Shown here piece after piece: positions 16,527 through 19,242 of a DNA stretch of 19,242 nucleotides. Position numbers and translations under genes: made by a program. The stretch spans positions 1-19,242 of the forward strand of contig JAYVCD010000134.1 of NCBI GenBank assembly GCA_043750125.1. Reading direction: 5' to 3'. Source of the DNA: Archangiaceae bacterium (GTDB lineage Bacteria; Myxococcota; Myxococcia; Myxococcales; Myxococcaceae). A model generated the notes under the pieces. That model did not search any database and was not told the DNA's origin. It saw only the letters and a list, made by a program, of their open reading frames with translations. Every line of letters starts with the position of its first letter. Position 1 is the first letter of the stretch.

Positions 16527-18515
16527 TTAGTGAGCCGACAGTGCGTAGGACAACCTCAAGAAGATCTCACGGCCCCGGCCAGGAATCGGCGCCGCGCCGC
16601 TGTTATACGGTTGAACGAAGGGAACATTCGAATCGAGCAGGTTGGAGCCCCCGAGCTGAATGGCCAGGCCCTTCAAACCCAGGTCCTCGTAACCGGCCCA
16701 GACCCCGAGCAACGCGGAAGGTCCGAGCCGACCGAGCTCGCCCGTGCCGTCGAGTGCTGCGGTGGGAGTGAGGTACGCATAACGGTCGGAAGAATAGACC
16801 AACGAGCCGCCCAGTGAGAGCCCCCGCCACAGCCGCCATTTCCCGCTGCCCGTCACCTTGTGCAGCGGAAAGCCCAATGTGCGTCCCGGGTACCCGTCCA
16901 CGGCGTAGCCCGACGGTTTGGTCGGCAGGGCCAGCGAATAGGAAGCGCTCGCAAAGCCATGCCGTCCGCGCAACACCAGCTGCACTTCCGCGCCGGTGCT
17001 GGAAATCGAATCGGCGTTCTTGTACTGATCGCTCATCAACGTCTCGTCGTAGAGGTACGCGATCGGCTGATCGATGTTGGTGTAGAACCCATTGACGCTC
17101 GCATAGAGAACGTCGAACAGCGCGACGCCCATTTCAGCTTCGGCGGCTTGAACCTGCTCGGCGTGCAGAGCCGGGTTCAAGTTGATGTTCTCGATCGAGG
17201 GAGAACGAAAAGCTCCGCTGTAGAGCAGCTTGAAGTTGAAGCGGTCCACCTGGCTCGTCAGCGCAATGCGCGGAGCGAAGTTCGAGCCGACCTGGCTGTG
17301 TTCCTCGAACCGCCCTCCGACCGTCACGCTCAGGTACTTCAGGTCCCAGAGCGCCTGGGCGTAGACGGAAGTGTTGACGTAACTAACGGTCGGAAGTCCG
17401 CCGAAAGTGGTCTGGCTCCCGGTGATCAGTGGGTTGTTGAGCCAGGCCCGGTCATTGAAAGTCTCGACTCCCAACAACAACGAGAAATCCGGGGTCGGGT
17501 CGTATTGCAGAGCAATGCCCGCCAGCACGCGCATCGCAGATTTATCATAGAACAGCGGGCTCGCCTCGTTGGTCGATTCCCACGGGGTGTTCTGCCGGGC
17601 GCTGAAGTGCGGCCGAAGAACGACCGTCTCGCTCATCTGGAAATCGTATTGAACGTCGGCGGCCAGGGTGCGAAACCGCACCGAATCGTCGGGGTCCGTG
17701 CCCAGCGTTCCGTACCCGATGCGCGCGCCCGCATGGTAGTCGTCGTAGAGGAAGCGCATCTTCAGCCCCTGATACTTCACCCCCAGCGAGGCGGTCAGCG
17801 GGTCGAGGCGCGAACCGTCGCGCAGATCTGCGCTCTGCCCGGTGAAGTCGGTGTAGGTGCGGGTGGTCCGGCGGCCCTGCCCCGCGGTGACGTTGAGGCT
17901 CACGTCGAGCTTTTTATCAGGGTCGGCCCAGCCGACGGCCAGGGCAGTGCTCCAGTCCGCAAACCCGCCCGCGGTCTGGGCATAGCGGCCCGCCACTTCG
18001 CCGCCCATCAGGTCCGCGCCCGAGCGGGTGACGACGTTGATCACCGCGAGCTCAGCAGTGCCGCCGTAGATCGCCGAGCCAGGGCCGCGGATGACTTCGA
18101 TGCGCTCGATGTTGTGCGGAAGAATGTGATGGCCGAACTGGGTGGTGGAATAGAGCAATTCGTTCTGCTCGATGCCGTCGAGCAGCACCAAGACCTTTCC
18201 TTCGTGACCCCACAGCCCGCGGAAGCCGATGCCGACTACCCCTTCTACGTCGGCGTGGAAACTGAACCCGGGCACCAACTGCAGCACCTCGAGCAGGTCG
18301 CGCGCACCGGTGGCAAGAATTTCTTCTCGGGTCAGCACGAGCACGATACCGGGCGCCTGGCGAACCTTTCGGGCTCGACGGGTGGTCACCTCGACCGGTT
18401 GGTCGAGCAAGTCTTCAAGAGACAAATCCTTCACGTCACGGGTACCGCTTTCCTCTGCAAAGACTGCGGAAGGCACCAACGCGGCGATCACGAAATACAG
18501 CCGGAGCGTTCTCAT
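16527..18515 (-). CDS. TonB-dependent outer-membrane receptor (plug + barrel, 662 aa)
   Basis: Signal peptide (VFA), DLSLEDLLD N-terminal motif, plug motifs LLEVLQLVPG, KVLVLLDG and IERIEVIRGPGSAIYG...VINVVT, and C-terminal NLLD...GREIFLRLSY. Confidence 0.95.
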   Translation of the reverse strand: MRTLRLYFVIAALVPSAVFAEESGTRDVKDLSLEDLLDQPVEVTTRRARKVRQAPGIVLVLTREEILATGARDLLEVLQLVPGFSFHADVEGVVGIGFRGLWGHEGKVLVLLDGIEQNELLYSTTQFGHHILPHNIERIEVIRGPGSAIYGGTAELAVINVVTRSGADLMGGEVAGRYAQTAGGFADWSTALAVGWADPDKKLDVSLNVTAGQGRRTTRTYTDFTGQSADLRDGSRLDPLTASLGVKYQGLKMRFLYDDYHAGARIGYGTLGTDPDDSVRFRTLAADVQYDFQMSETVVLRPHFSARQNTPWESTNEASPLFYDKSAMRVLAGIALQYDPTPDFSLLLGVETFNDRAWLNNPLITGSQTTFGGLPTVSYVNTSVYAQALWDLKYLSVTVGGRFEEHSQVGSNFAPRIALTSQVDRFNFKLLYSGAFRSPSIENINLNPALHAEQVQAAEAEMGVALFDVLYASVNGFYTNIDQPIAYLYDETLMSDQYKNADSISSTGAEVQLVLRGRHGFASASYSLALPTKPSGYAVDGYPGRTLGFPLHKVTGSGKWRLWRGLSLGGSLVYSSDRYAYLTPTAALDGTGELGRLGPSALLGVWAGYEDLGLKGLAIQLGGSNLLDSNVPFVQPYNSGAAPIPGRGREIFLRLSYALSAH

Positions 18516-18587
18516 GAGCTCGGGACCGTAACGTTTTTTGCGACCGAAACAACTTTGTGACCCCAGCCTTGCGATCGGAAGGGTCGG

Positions 18588-18722
18588 TTAGCGGTGGGGT
18601 TCCGGGTCGTGAAGCTGCGGGCGCCGCAGGGACCTTGAAGACCACTTCCAGAAATGTCCGATCTCGACGCAGATCAGTGGGAAGTTTCTCAATGCATCAC
18701 GACCCGTAATGACTCCGCGCAT
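18588..18722 (-). pseudogene. Small ORF (44 aa, MRGVITGRDALRNFPLI...), probably a frameshifted remnant of a short conserved protein
   Basis: Strong SD AGGAGG (18728-18733), ATG at 18722 and TAA at 18590-18588. A TFLEVVFK segment follows in another frame (~18657-18634), suggesting an internal deletion. Not in the supplied ORF track. Confidence 0.5.
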
Positions 18723-18747
18723 TAGAACCTCCTGTGGCTTTTTGAAG

Positions 18748-18763
18748 AGCAAGCCCGATGCCG
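18748..18763 (-). promoter_or_regulatory. Candidate sigma-54 (-24/-12) promoter
   Basis: Minus strand CGGCATCGGGCTTGCT gives GG-N10-GC with GGCA and TTGCT, close to the consensus TGGCACG-N4-TTGCW. The predicted start falls just upstream of the AGGAGG SD of the small ORF. Confidence 0.6.
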
Positions 18764-18859
18764 AAAGTTAACGGACGAAAGGCCCAAGGGCAGGTGCGTG
18801 GGGACGTGGGATTTATTGCCCCAACATGGAGTGAAAGCTTCCATCACCTGGGCTGAAAT

Positions 18860-19084
18860 TCAGGGTTCGTCCTCGACGACTTTGACGTTCGGCCCGAAAG
18901 GATTCACCGGCGTTCGCGGCCTCGCTGCAAGTTTTTTGAGTTTTGCTACCGCCGATTCTGGGACCCCACCCCGACCCTTGATCACAGGCAAAGGCAGGGG
19001 CGGCGTGGGCTCAGGCTCGAGCACCGCCCCGAGCTTCTGGGCCAGCGCTTCAAAGGCCGGATCCGTGGCGCCCGCCTTGTTCAT
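18860..19084 (-). CDS. Small Pro-rich hypothetical protein (74 aa, MNKAGATDPAFEALAQKLGAVLEP...)
   Basis: ATG19084 is 10 nt after the upstream gene's stop on the same strand, and the composition is plausible. No recognisable domain. Confidence 0.55.
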   Translation of the reverse strand: MNKAGATDPAFEALAQKLGAVLEPEPTPPLPLPVIKGRGGVPESAVAKLKKLAARPRTPVNPFGPNVKVVEDEP

Positions 19085-19094
19085 CGGGGGCGCT

Positions 19095-19242
19095 CTATCT
19101 CGGCGGCGCATCGGCGGTGCTCGAGGCCAGGGTCTTCAGATGCCAGGCCTGCAGGAACAACTTCTTCTCAGCCTCTTCCAGCGAGTCGCGCAGCCGTCCC
19201 ACCAGCACCGCTGGAGTCACCACCAGGGCGACGCTGCCCAGG
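19095..19242 (-). CDS. 3' end of a membrane protein running off the window; resembles the C-terminus of myxobacterial membrane-anchored Ser/Thr kinases
   Basis: Minus-strand frame LGSVALVVTPAVLVGRLRDSLEEAEKKLFLQAWHLKTLASSTADAPPR-TAG(19097-19095): a TM helix followed by an amphipathic helix. The kinase assignment is recalled similarity only; no kinase domain is visible in the window. Confidence 0.55.
   Translation of the reverse strand, partial: LGSVALVVTPAVLVGRLRDSLEEAEKKLFLQAWHLKTLASSTADAPPR

Noticed and set aside
18516-18560. Possible short-leader or leaderless promoter (TACGGT 9 nt before the receptor ATG)
   Set aside because: The hexamer match is too weak to support without TSS data.
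18516-18859. Cobalamin or other riboswitch, or Fur box, upstream of the TonB-dependent receptor
   Set aside because: I could not find a B12-box, another riboswitch core or a convincing Fur palindrome by eye. The region is better explained by the sigma-54 candidate and small ORF; an Rfam scan would settle it.
1-19242. CRISPR arrays, tRNA/rRNA genes, IS elements, prophage genes
   Set aside because: No regularly spaced repeats, cloverleaf or rRNA signatures, transposases or phage genes were seen.

Overview
High-GC bacterial DNA, most consistent with a myxobacterium (Myxococcota) on gene content; this is inference. The window opens with the 3' end (domains V and VI) of a group II intron that ends on the start codon of a serA-like D-3-phosphoglycerate dehydrogenase, so this gene may need splicing to be translated. 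It then carries a disrupted collagen-like lipoprotein gene, uvrA with a candidate Myxococcus-type SOS box, a Cys-rich repeat protein with a damaged 5' end, an orphan N4/N6-methylase-fold methyltransferase with an atypical catalytic motif, and an alpha/beta-hydrolase fragment. Next come an intact alpha-2-macroglobulin + pbpC pair, a stand-alone lspA, and a TonB-dependent receptor + YfiR-like pair with no adjacent signalling partner. The window ends with a small, probably broken ORF behind a candidate sigma-54 promoter, a small hypothetical gene and the 3' end of a membrane protein (possibly a Ser/Thr kinase). Long core genes are intact while about five small accessory genes are frameshifted or truncated, which suggests real gene decay.
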